Notes under the pieces: generated by a model | Databases searched by the model: none | What the model saw: the letters and a program-made list of their open reading frames with translations, nothing else | What the model was told of the DNA's origin: nothing | Shown here: in pieces, positions 28,868 through 39,400 of the stretch | How positions within the stretch are numbered: position 1 is the first letter of the stretch | Layout: every line of letters begins with the position of its first letter | Program-made: the position numbers and the translations under genes | Source of the DNA: a virus | DNA: 64,000 nt | Direction: 5' to 3' (one strand) | IMG/VR virus record: IMGVR_UViG_3300042514_001262 | Location: 1-64,000 of that record

Positions 28868-29412
28868 ACCGTATGTTTTTCAATAAAATAATTTATATCT
28901 GCACTCCACAACAACATTGCCTCTTCTTTGATTTTACTTTCCTCCCAATCCCACCAACTTATTTCCAATAATTTTTCAATCTGTTTTTCATCAAATCTGA
29001 ACTTGATATGTTTGGCAGGGTTTCCACCGACAACAGAATAAGGTTGAACATCTTTGGTAACCACCGCACCTGCGGCAACAATTGCTCCATGACCGATTTT
29101 AATTCCTGACATGATTGTTGATTTGGCACCAATCCAAACATCGTTTCCGATGATGATATCACCTTTACATGAAGGGTGACCCATTTGCATGTGCATACTT
29201 GCAATTTCAGGTGTAACAGGTCCCCACAATTGGGATGATGTTGTTATCCAGTCAGGTCTATGATTTGCATGTAAGAAGAAACTACAATCTCTACCTATTG
29301 AACAATATTTTCCAACTTTAATTTTGTAATCATCACTCCAAGAAATTATATTGACATTTCTGTCGTAGTATGTTCCTCTATCTGCAATCCAAAGATGCAA
29401 GTTTTCTCCCAT
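28864..29412 (-). CDS. hexapeptide-repeat acetyltransferase (CatB/Vat-like family)
   Basis: VGKYCSIG, H.PDWITT, KGDIIIGNDVWIG, IGHGAIVAAGAVVTKDVQPYSVVGGNPAK, RF, WWDW. Confidence 0.9.
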   Translation of the reverse strand: MGENLHLWIADRGTYYDRNVNIISWSDDYKIKVGKYCSIGRDCSFFLHANHRPDWITTSSQLWGPVTPEIASMHMQMGHPSCKGDIIIGNDVWIGAKSTIMSGIKIGHGAIVAAGAVVTKDVQPYSVVGGNPAKHIKFRFDEKQIEKLLEISWWDWEESKIKEEAMLLWSADINYFIEKHTV

Positions 29413-29413
29413 A

Positions 29414-30865
29414 TTACTTTATAGTATTGTGTTTAACTTTTTTAATTATATCTGTAATATCGTACTCAACTGAATCCATTTCAAGGATTACGGTGTGATA
29501 ATTTGTTTTGTTAAAACCTAAGTTTATAAGTTTGTCTGTATTCACGATTTCTACCTTATCATCAACTTTTACTTTAATCTCTTGTCCTTTCATTTCATAG
29601 AATAAAAGTTTAATTGGTGCACCAGTTTCATCATTTTTTTCAATATAGAATTTGAATTTATCTGTTGGTGAGTAATTGAATAAATCAAGATTTTCATAAA
29701 AATAAATCCAATCTTCAACAGGCGTTGTTTCAGTTGTATATGGTAGTTTTTCTTTTAGAATTCGTAACCATTCAAACGCATCAGAATCTTTTTCACTCAT
29801 GTAACTTTCTAACGATATTTGGGATATAAATTCCTTAAGATTTTCTCTGTTGAAAATCATATAATGTAATCCAGTTTGCCAAATAATGTCTCCTCGTTTT
29901 GACGGGTAGATACTAAAATCTTTATTTGAGTTAAATCCTTCAATTACATTTTCATCAATTTTCAAATCATATATCATATGAAAGAATTGGTCGTATCCTA
30001 AATTCAATGCAATTTCGCTTAATTGTTTCACTTGAGTTAGTCCTGCAAATCCATAATCGGGATATGTTCTTGACACTTTACGTTTTTGACCTTCAATATC
30101 CACATAAACCCAACTTCTCATCGCCCTTAATGGCCAATCCAAAACAGGGTTGTCTTTTGTGAAGAAAAAATAATCGCAAAGTTTTGTAACCGATTCAGGT
30201 AATGATATTGGACTAATTGCAATAACATCCAAACCATGTCCCTTAACCAATTTTATATTTTTTTCTAAAACATCAATCTTTTCTTGGGTGTCACAAAAAG
30301 TACTAATTAAAGCAACTTTCTTTTCCAGAACAGGTTTTTTTCTATAGATACCAACTGAGTCGTCCCAATATCTGTTTGGCTCATTTGGGCCTGAGGGTGT
30401 TGTGGTATCAATATAATGTTCAACCAATTCAATATCATAACCTAATTTTTTACCCCATTTTTCAAGAGCTTTCCAACTATCAATATAAAATCTCCAATTG
30501 TCACCAGGCCAACCGTGATATGCCCCATTTGATGGTGCTTGAATGTACATGTATCCACCTGGTTTTAAAACTCTACACATTTCGTGGAATGAAACCCAAA
30601 ACATGTCGTCATGTTCAAAACAAGATGATGATATCACAATATCCATTTCATTATCAGAAATTGGAATATCATGAGAAACTCCAACAATATCAACATTTGG
30701 TCCTTCTTCCATGTCCAACCCAATATATTGACCTTTTTCAAAAATTGGTTTCATTGTCCCGTTCACATCATATGAACCAACATCTAATATTTTTTTATTT
30801 TCAATATTTTTTTCACAATACTTGTGATAGAATTTTTCCGCGTTTACGTAGGCTGAGTGATGCAT
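29414..30865 (-). CDS. class I SAM methyltransferase fused to an uncharacterised C-terminal domain
   Basis: ILDVGSYDVNG, YIGLD, DIVISSSCFEH, RVLKPGG; about 300-aa C-terminal extension. Confidence 0.8.
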   Translation of the reverse strand: MHHSAYVNAEKFYHKYCEKNIENKKILDVGSYDVNGTMKPIFEKGQYIGLDMEEGPNVDIVGVSHDIPISDNEMDIVISSSCFEHDDMFWVSFHEMCRVLKPGGYMYIQAPSNGAYHGWPGDNWRFYIDSWKALEKWGKKLGYDIELVEHYIDTTTPSGPNEPNRYWDDSVGIYRKKPVLEKKVALISTFCDTQEKIDVLEKNIKLVKGHGLDVIAISPISLPESVTKLCDYFFFTKDNPVLDWPLRAMRSWVYVDIEGQKRKVSRTYPDYGFAGLTQVKQLSEIALNLGYDQFFHMIYDLKIDENVIEGFNSNKDFSIYPSKRGDIIWQTGLHYMIFNRENLKEFISQISLESYMSEKDSDAFEWLRILKEKLPYTTETTPVEDWIYFYENLDLFNYSPTDKFKFYIEKNDETGAPIKLLFYEMKGQEIKVKVDDKVEIVNTDKLINLGFNKTNYHTVILEMDSVEYDITDIIKKVKHNTIK

Positions 30866-30884
30866 ATCTTTATGTTAATTTATA

Positions 30885-30918
30885 ATTGAAATATAAACAA
30901 CCACAACTATATTTCAAT
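30885..30918. promoter_or_regulatory. 11-bp inverted repeat forming back-to-back TATATTTC promoter-like elements
   Basis: attgaaatata (30885-30895) and tatatttcaat (30908-30918), between the divergent MTase and GT genes. Confidence 0.55.
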
Positions 30919-30933
30919 AAAAGAAAAATTATT

Positions 30934-33210
30934 ATGCTAAAAATATTCGGTCATGGTTCTTACATTGGGAACACAGGTTACAATCAACACACGAGGGATT
31001 TTTTCAGACATCTTTCAAAACACTCTCAAATAAAGTTCAGAAATTTCACGGTTGGAGATAGTTGGAAAGGAATGAGTGAGGAACCCCATAATGGTGAATA
31101 TTATTTTAATGCGACCGACAGAAAATTACTTTACCAACAAGTTTTATGGAACAACGATAGAACAAGAAGTGATTATAAAATGTATAATGACCCATCAAAA
31201 GAGTTTTCACCTGACTTAAATATTGTTTTGTGTGAGACCAACCATAATTTATTTTATGATGAATACTATGGTCCAAAGATTGCTTATAACGTCTGGGAAT
31301 CAACATTACAGCCTGAAGTTTATTTCAATAAATTAAAAGAGTTTGACGAGTTATGGGTTCCATCAAAATGGCAAAGAGATTGTACAATCTCACAAGGTTA
31401 TGACCCGAATAAAATTAAAGTTGTTCCTGAAGGCGTGGATATCTATACATTTTTTCCTGAAGAAACATCACATGAATTAACATCGGACGGAAGATTCAAA
31501 TTCTTTTTGGCTGGTAGATGGGATTATAGAAAATCAATCAAAGAAATTATTGAAACATTCTTAAAAACTTTTGATAAGGATGAACCTGTTGATTTGATTA
31601 TTTCTGTTGATAATCCTTTTTCAGGTGATGGAATGAAAACAACCGAAGAAAGATTGGCACATTATGGTCTTGAAGATGAACGAATCAAAATCTTACATTT
31701 CCCACCAAGAGAAGATTATATTAAAATATTGAAATCTTGTGATGCATTTGTTTCATGTGCCAGGTCTGAAGGTTGGAACTTACCTTTGATTGAAGCAATG
31801 GCTTGTGGTGTTCCATCAATATATTCAAATTGTTCGGGTCAGTTGGAATTTGCTGAAGGTAAAGGTATCCCTGTTAGTATCGTTGGTGAAAAACCAGTTG
31901 ATGCAAGCACCTATAGCCATTTCAATGATTCTGTTGGAAATTATTATGAACCTGACTTCAAAGATTTAGGGAAAAAAATGTGGGAAGTGGTTACAAACCA
32001 TTCAAAATATAAACAACTCGCCCTAGAAGAATCCGAAGAAATTAGATTTAAGTTCAATTGGGAAAAAGTTGCTGAAATTGGTGTCAACACAATAAATGAG
32101 TTTTTGGAAAAACATAAAACAACTGAAGATACGAACCAAGTTATTGTCTCTTACTTGGATGGTCCAAGAGTGGACATAAAAGGAAATGAAGGTAGAAAAT
32201 ACTTTGTTGAATTTATTGACGGTGATGGTAAGGTTAGATATTCAGACACTATTTCAAACAACATGTGGACAGCTTGTGGTATCAAATATTATGTTCCATG
32301 GACAATAAGAATTAACGGTGAAGTTGTTGATAAGTTTAATATTGAAAACAAAACGATTTTAATATCACTTGAATCCAAATCTGTTGGTGATACCATTGCT
32401 TGGGCGCCATATTCCATAGAACTAATGAAACAAAAAAATTGTAAGGTAATTTTAAGCACATTCCATAACGAATGGTTTGAAGGTTCTGAATCTTACAAAG
32501 ATATAAAATTCATTAAACCAGGTGAGTCAATATCTTGCGACGCAATTTATAAATTGGGTTGGTTCAGAGACAACAATAAAGGATGGAAAAACTTCAACTT
32601 GCATCCAAATCAACCGAATTTAATTCCATTACAAAAAACAGCATCAGACATTTTAGGTTTGGAATTTAACGAAGTAAATCATGGTTTGAATTTCAAACCA
32701 GGTAAAAGACCTATTGAAAATAAGTATGTTGTATTTGGACCTCAATCAACCGCAGGTTGTAAAGAATGGTCTTTTGAATATTGGACAGAGCTAACCAAAA
32801 TGGTAAGAAATCTCGGATATGAAGTGGTGATTTTATCCTTGGAAGAATATCACATAAAAGACACTATTTGTATCACAAGTCGTGATTGGAATGATGTGTT
32901 TTCATGTTTATATCACTCCGAGTTTTTCGTTGGTTTGAGTTCAGGTTTGTCTTGGGTCAATTGGACTTTGAATAAGAAAACCGTAATGATTGGTGGATTC
33001 AGTCAAGATGACCATGAATTCACAAACAATACCATTAGAGTTTCAACTAATACTTGTATTAAATGTTGGAATGACCCAGTGTTAGTTTTTGATTCAGGTG
33101 ATTGGGACTGGTGTCCTGTGTATAAAGGAACTGAAAGACAACATATTTGTCAGAAATCAATTACACCTCTTATGGTATTTGGAAAAATATTAGAGAATTT
33201 TAAACAATAA
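30934..33210 (+). CDS. GT4 glycosyltransferase fused to an Aah/TibC-type (autotransporter heptosyltransferase-like) glycosyltransferase
   Basis: N-half: WES, WVPS, GRWDYRK, EGWNLPLIEAMACG (GT4). C-half: SVGDTIAW, PLQKTASDILGL, FFVGLSSGLSWVNW, VMIGGFS, CIKCWND..FD..DWDWCP..GTERQHICQKSIT (Aah/TibC Cys motif). ATG at 30934 preferred. Confidence 0.85.
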   Translation: MLKIFGHGSYIGNTGYNQHTRDFFRHLSKHSQIKFRNFTVGDSWKGMSEEPHNGEYYFNATDRKLLYQQVLWNNDRTRSDYKMYNDPSKEFSPDLNIVLCETNHNLFYDEYYGPKIAYNVWESTLQPEVYFNKLKEFDELWVPSKWQRDCTISQGYDPNKIKVVPEGVDIYTFFPEETSHELTSDGRFKFFLAGRWDYRKSIKEIIETFLKTFDKDEPVDLIISVDNPFSGDGMKTTEERLAHYGLEDERIKILHFPPREDYIKILKSCDAFVSCARSEGWNLPLIEAMACGVPSIYSNCSGQLEFAEGKGIPVSIVGEKPVDASTYSHFNDSVGNYYEPDFKDLGKKMWEVVTNHSKYKQLALEESEEIRFKFNWEKVAEIGVNTINEFLEKHKTTEDTNQVIVSYLDGPRVDIKGNEGRKYFVEFIDGDGKVRYSDTISNNMWTACGIKYYVPWTIRINGEVVDKFNIENKTILISLESKSVGDTIAWAPYSIELMKQKNCKVILSTFHNEWFEGSESYKDIKFIKPGESISCDAIYKLGWFRDNNKGWKNFNLHPNQPNLIPLQKTASDILGLEFNEVNHGLNFKPGKRPIENKYVVFGPQSTAGCKEWSFEYWTELTKMVRNLGYEVVILSLEEYHIKDTICITSRDWNDVFSCLYHSEFFVGLSSGLSWVNWTLNKKTVMIGGFSQDDHEFTNNTIRVSTNTCIKCWNDPVLVFDSGDWDWCPVYKGTERQHICQKSITPLMVFGKILENFKQ

Positions 33211-33272
33211 ATCCTTATCTTGGATGGAATTGTCCTCTATGGAACAATAAGTCCAAGAACCATATCTACAAA

Positions 33273-33302
33273 AAAAAAATAACCCGTTTGGGTTATTTTT
33301 TT
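33273..33302. terminator. bidirectional rho-independent terminator
   Basis: aaaaaaataaccc-gttt-gggttattttttt between the convergent GT and Ser-collagen genes. Confidence 0.85.
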
Positions 33303-33408
33303 ACTCCAACTATTATAAATGTCTTTTGATTTTTTGTAATATGAACACACACAGTATTCATTACAATCATTTCATGGTCAATAAGGTTATGTCCATTCAC
33401 AACACCAA

Positions 33409-36400
33409 CTATTGAGTACAATTAGTATACGCCTTAAAAGTGTAACTAATTTTTACGTCTCTCGCGTCAGGTAAATCACTTACATTAAAACCTAAAAGGA
33501 ATAACACATTACAATCATCTAAAGTATCCTCAACTGTAAAACCTAAATTAAAACACGAAGTGTATGAGTCATCGTTTTTAAAATAATCAGTACGAGTAGT
33601 CAAATTATTTGTGGTGAAAGCGGTAGTAACTACCTCAGAACAAAGAAAATAATTTAAAGCAATATTTATCGCATTGGTTTCAGTTGCTCCTGAACAATAT
33701 ACAATACCACAGACCTCAATTTTGTCACCAACACTTAAAATATATGGATTTGGTATTCCGCAATTAACATATCGTGTACTTAAGGTAGGACTGTTTTGGA
33801 GATTTCTCACATTAAGGTCATATGAACAAGAATCCCAACCACATCGACTGTCCCCATACCAATAGTCTTCACTACTATTTGTTTCAGAATATGCAAAAGA
33901 ATGTGAAGCTATTAACCATTTTGAACCCACAGTTATATTAGCCTGACCTCCTCCACCATCTGTTGCAACAATACAACTACCTTGAAAATTCATTGCTGTT
34001 GTTGAAGACATTACAAATACATTTTCATCGTAGATAGTTAATGCTCCAGATGTTCCACTTGTTCCACTTGAACCATTAACACCACTTATACCGCTTGTTC
34101 CTGATGAACCATTAGTTCCGCTTGAACCTGAAGTACCTGATGAACCACTTGTTCCACTTGAGCCCGAGGCACCTGAAGAACCACTTGTTCCACTTGAGCC
34201 CGAGGCACCTGAAGAACCACTTGTTCCGCTTGAGCCAGATGAGCCGCTAGTCCCTGAAGAACCCGAAGTACCACTTGAACCTGAAGACCCACTAGTACCA
34301 CTTGAACCTGAATCACCTGATGAACCGCTAGTCCCTGATGAACCGCTAGTCCCTGATGAGCCAGATGAACCTGAGGTTCCACTTGTTCCTGAAGAGCCTG
34401 AAGCACCTGATGAACCGCTTGTTCCTGATGAACCGCTTGTTCCTGATGAACCACTTGTTCCTGAACTACCACTAGTACCTGATGAGCCAGATGAACCGCT
34501 AGTTCCCGATGAACCTGATGAACCTGATGAACCTGAAGCACCTGATGAACCAGATGAACCTGATGTTCCTGAACTACCACTTGAACCTGAGGTACCTGAA
34601 GAACCACTAGTTCCTGATGAGCCACTAGTTCCTGAAGAACCAGATGTTCCTGATGAGCCATTAGAACCCGAAGTACCGCTAGTTCCTGATGAACCTGAAC
34701 TACCTGAAGTTCCTGAAGAGCCAGATGAACCACTTGTACCCGAACTACCACTTGTTCCTGACGAACCTCTACATACACAATCTGTTGAAGTTATATCTGC
34801 GCTTCCACTAGTTACTTGCGGAGTTGTTATTGAGCAAACTTGTACGGTTTGACCAAACCCAAGAGTTAAACCTGAAGTACCACCAACACAACAATCGTCA
34901 TAACTAATATTGGTCTCAACTTCCTCTGCTCTGATACTCCATACATAACAAGTTAATCCGTCAATACCACTAGTTCCACTTGAACCTGAAGAACCACTAG
35001 TCCCTGAACTACCACTATTTCCTGAAGAGCCACTAGTTCCTGATGAACCGCTAGTTCCCGATGAACCTGACGAACCGTTAGAACCCGAAGTACCGCTTGA
35101 ACCTGATGTTCCTGAACTACCACTAGTCCCTGAAGAACCGTTAGAACCCGAAGTACCGCTTGAACCTGATGTTCCTGAACTACCACTAGTCCCTGAAGAA
35201 CCGTTAGAACCCGAAGTACCGCTTGAACCTGATGTTCCTGAACTACCACTAGTCCCTGATGAACCGTTAGAACCTGATGTTCCTGAAGACCCACTAGTTC
35301 CACTTGAGCCAGATGAACCACTTGTTCCTGAAGAACCACTTGAACCGCTAGTTCCACTTGAACCACTTGAACCACTAGTCCCTGATGAACCGTTAGAACC
35401 TGAAGTTCCGCTAGTTCCACTTGAGCCAGATGAACCACTAGTTCCTGATGAACCAGAAGAACCACTAGTTCCTGATGAACCAGAAGAACCACTAGTTCCT
35501 GAAGAACCTGATGTTCCACTACTACCGCTTGTCCCTGACGAACCTGATGTTCCATTAATTATACCTAACGTAGTTTGACCATATGAATAGTGAGTTGTAC
35601 CTTCGGTTACGAAAGTAATTGTATGTGATTGGTTTGATGTATTTGTAGATTGAACTTTAACTAATATCCTATCAGTAGTATTGATAGAAGAACCACTCTG
35701 AAATCCATCAGATAATACCATTGATGGATTTGGTGAATTTGTTGTTACAGGTACTGGGTCTGTTGAAAATAATAAAGTTTCAGTCCCACCTGTTGTTCTT
35801 GAATAAACTTCACAGAAAATATTAAAACTCGCATTATTATTTTCTTTATATGCGTGTAAGAAGAAAGACCAAATTCCCGCAGGTATAGTTGATACATTTG
35901 GATAATTTGAAGGTGTTAAATAGGATTGAATAGTTGATGTTACACCATTCGCAATCGTAACAGTTACCGTTTGTTGAGCACCACTTGTTGGTATAGGTGA
36001 AAATTCTTTATAAGGCGTTTGTGTTACTGACTCATTAAAATAATAAATAGCTCCACCTGAAATACCATTAACACCACTTGTTCCAGAAGTTCCAGAAGAA
36101 CCACTAGTTCCACTTGAACCAGATGAACCTGATGTTCCGCTTGTTCCCGATGAACCATTAGAACCTGAAGTTCCGCTTGTTCCACTTGAACCAGATGACC
36201 CACTAGTTCCTGAAGAACCACTAGTTCCTGAAGAACCACTTGAACCGCTAGTTCCACTTGAACCACTTGAACCTGAACTACCCGAAGTACCGCTTGAGCC
36301 AGATGAGCCTGAAGTTCCTGAACTACCCGAAGTACCACTTGAACCTGATGAACCGTTAGAACCCGAAGTACCACTTGAACCTGATGTTCCTGAACTACCA

Positions 36401-39400
36401 CTAGTTCCCGAAGAACCGCTTGAACCTGATGTTCCTGAACTGCCTGAAGTACCGCTTGAACCTGATGAACCACTATTCCCACTTGAACCTGAAGAGCCAC
36501 TAGTTCCTGATGAACCACTTGTCCCTGAAGAGCCAGATGAACCGCTAGTTCCACTTGAACCTGAAGACCCACTAGTACCACTCGAACCTGAGTCACCTGA
36601 TGAACCACTAGTCCCTGCTGAACCAGATGAACCACTTGTACCCGAACTACCACTAATTCCTGATGAACCTGAAGAACCGTTAGTTCCACTTGAACCTGAA
36701 GAACCGTTAGTTCCACTTGAACCTGAAGAACCACTTGTTCCTGATGAACCACTCTCTCCACTTGAACCTGAGGTTCCGCTGCTACCAGAATCACCCGGTG
36801 CTCCCTCAAGATTTATAGTCCAAACACAATACTGTGAATTACCGTTAAGTATTGATGTTATTTCAACAACAAACGCACCTGTTGTTGGGTTATACGATAC
36901 TATATCACCAGTAAACAAATTATTAACATCGTAAGCAACCAAGATTCCTTGCCCTATAGTCATACTTAAATTAGTAGTTCCTGTGAAATATATTAAATTA
37001 CCTATAGAATATGCCGAAAGAGTTAAACAAGTGTTTGATATTCCATTATATATTGGACTTACTCCTGAAGTCCCTGAACTACCACTTGTTCCACTTGAAC
37101 CTGATATTCCTGAAGAACCACTTGTTCCGCTTGAGCCACTAGTTCCGCTTGAGCCAGAAGTCCCTGAAGAACCTGAACTACCGTCAGTTCCGCTTGAACC
37201 GCTAGTTCCTGAAGAGCCGCTAGCTCCCGAAGAACCACTAGTTCCTGAAGAGCCGTTAGAACCTGAAGTTCCACTAGTACCACTTGAACCGCTAGTTCCT
37301 GAAGAACCACTAGCACCTGAACTACCACTTGTTCCGCTTGAACCAGAAGTTCCTGACGAACCACTTATTCCGCTTGAACCTGAAGTTCCCGACGAACCTG
37401 AACTACCACTAGTCCCTGAAGAACCGTTGGAACCTGAAGTTCCCGAACTACCGTCAGTTCCGCTTGAACCGCTAGTCCCTGAAGAACCACTAGCACCTGA
37501 ACTACCACTTGTTCCGCTTGAACCAGAAGTTCCTGACGAACCACTTATTCCGCTTGAACCTGAAGTTCCTGATGAGCCAGATGAACCGCTTGTACCCGAA
37601 CTACCACTTGTTCCTGAAGAACCACTATTTCCACTTGTCCCTGATGAACCACTTGTACCAGAAGAACCATCTGAACCCGAAGTACCACTTGAACCACTAG
37701 TTCCTGAAGAACCACTAGTTCCTGAAGAACCACTAGTTCCTGAAGAACCACTTGTACCAGAAGAACCATCTGAACCCGAAGTACCACTTGAACCACTAGT
37801 TCCTGAAGAGCCACTTGAACCACTCGAACCTGAGGCACCTGAAGAACCACTAGTCCCACTTGAACCTGACGCTCCGCTAGTACCTGACGAGCCATCCACA
37901 CCTGAAGTACCACTTGAGCCGTTAGTTCCTGATGAACCAGAAGTTCCTGATGAACCAGAAGTTCCTGATGAACCGCTAGTACCTGACGAGCCATCCGCAC
38001 CTGATGTACCACTTGAGCCGTTAGTTCCTGACGAACCAGAAGTTCCTGATGACCCACTTGAACCTGAGGTTCCGCTGCTACCAGAATTACCCGGTGCTCC
38101 CTCAAGATTTATAGTCCAAACACAATATTGCGAATTACCGTTAAGTATTGATGTTATTTCAACAACAAATTCTCCTGTTGTTGGGTTATACGATGCGACA
38201 TCGCCAGTGAACAAATTATTAACATCATAAGCAACCAAGATTCCTTGCCCTACAGTTATACTTAAATTAGTTGTTCCTGTGAAATATATTAAATTACCTA
38301 TAGAATACCCTGAAAGGGTTAAACAAGTGTTTGATGTTCCATTATATATTGGACTTATCCCTGAACTACCACTTGAACCAGAAGTCCCTGAAGAACCTGA
38401 GCTACCATCCGAACCGCTAGTTCCTGATGAACCTGAGCTACCATCCGAACCACTTGAACCATCTGTACCTGAACTACCGCTTGACCCGTTTGTACCTGAG
38501 CTACCACTTGTTCCACTTGAACCATTAACACCACTTATACCACTTGTTCCTGAACTACCGCTTGAACCTGAAGTTCCTGATGAACCACTTGTCCCTGATG
38601 AACCTGAAGTTCCAGATGAACCACTTGTCCCTGTACCACCTGTAAAATTGATTAAAACATTTCCACCACCTTGGTTAATAACCGTAGCACCTGAAAATGT
38701 CATACCTGTAACAGATGTTACAGTAACACCTGATGTGGAATCATATACCGTTAAAGAACCTGAACCTGAAGTAATACCTGTAACATTAACAACACTTCCA
38801 TCACTATTATTTAAAGTCAATGTTGAAGTACCGCTATTGTATGTTCCGCCAGTTATAGTTCCTGTGAATCCTGTAATTGTTACAGTACCACCCGTATTAT
38901 TATATAAATCTAAAATTTGTGTACCCGAAAAATATGTACCACCTGTAATTTGAACATCACTTCCCGAAAATATTCTCCATCTTGCATCATTATGTGAAAC
39001 ACCATTAACCCCTTCAATTGTGCTTCCTGTCCAAGAATTGATAAAATCTTTACCAGCTTGAGAACGATTGTTTACAATAGTACTATACTCAGAAGTAGTA
39101 ATAGCCGAACTACCAGTTAAACCTGTTACCGCATTCCATAAAGTGTCATAGTTCGGAATTGTATATTGATAAACAGTATCTGTTTCTTGAACATAAACCT
39201 GCATACCTAATCTTCTTCTACCTGAAGATATATTATCAGAGTTTAATGTAACAAAATCAGGTGAGAAAGCAGAACCAGTTCCTTTTGTAAAATTGATTGG
39301 AATAGTGTTTGCAGATAATTGAATGTTAGCAGGATAAGTTGTTGCCGTCAACACTAAATCTAAATCACTTAAGTTATAAACTTCCATGTGTCCACCTGTC

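Noticed and set aside
28864-29412. Antibiotic-resistance gene (catB/vat)
   Set aside because: The family resemblance is real, but the context among glycan enzymes favours a sugar acetyltransferase; there is no evidence for drug specificity.
36758-38356. Diversity-generating retroelement TR/VR pair
   Set aside because: Both copies are in frame within one gene, differences are not confined to adenines, and there is no reverse transcriptase in the window.
34045-38637. CRISPR array
   Set aside because: The repeats are contiguous, in frame and coding, with no unique spacers; no cas operon is present.
34086-38953. Long alternative-frame and antisense ORFs (Q/V/L-rich on minus; P/E/L/V-rich on plus, e.g. 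36983..38230)
   Set aside because: They are shadows of the 9-bp GSS/GTS repeat, which lacks stops in other frames; they have no independent start context.
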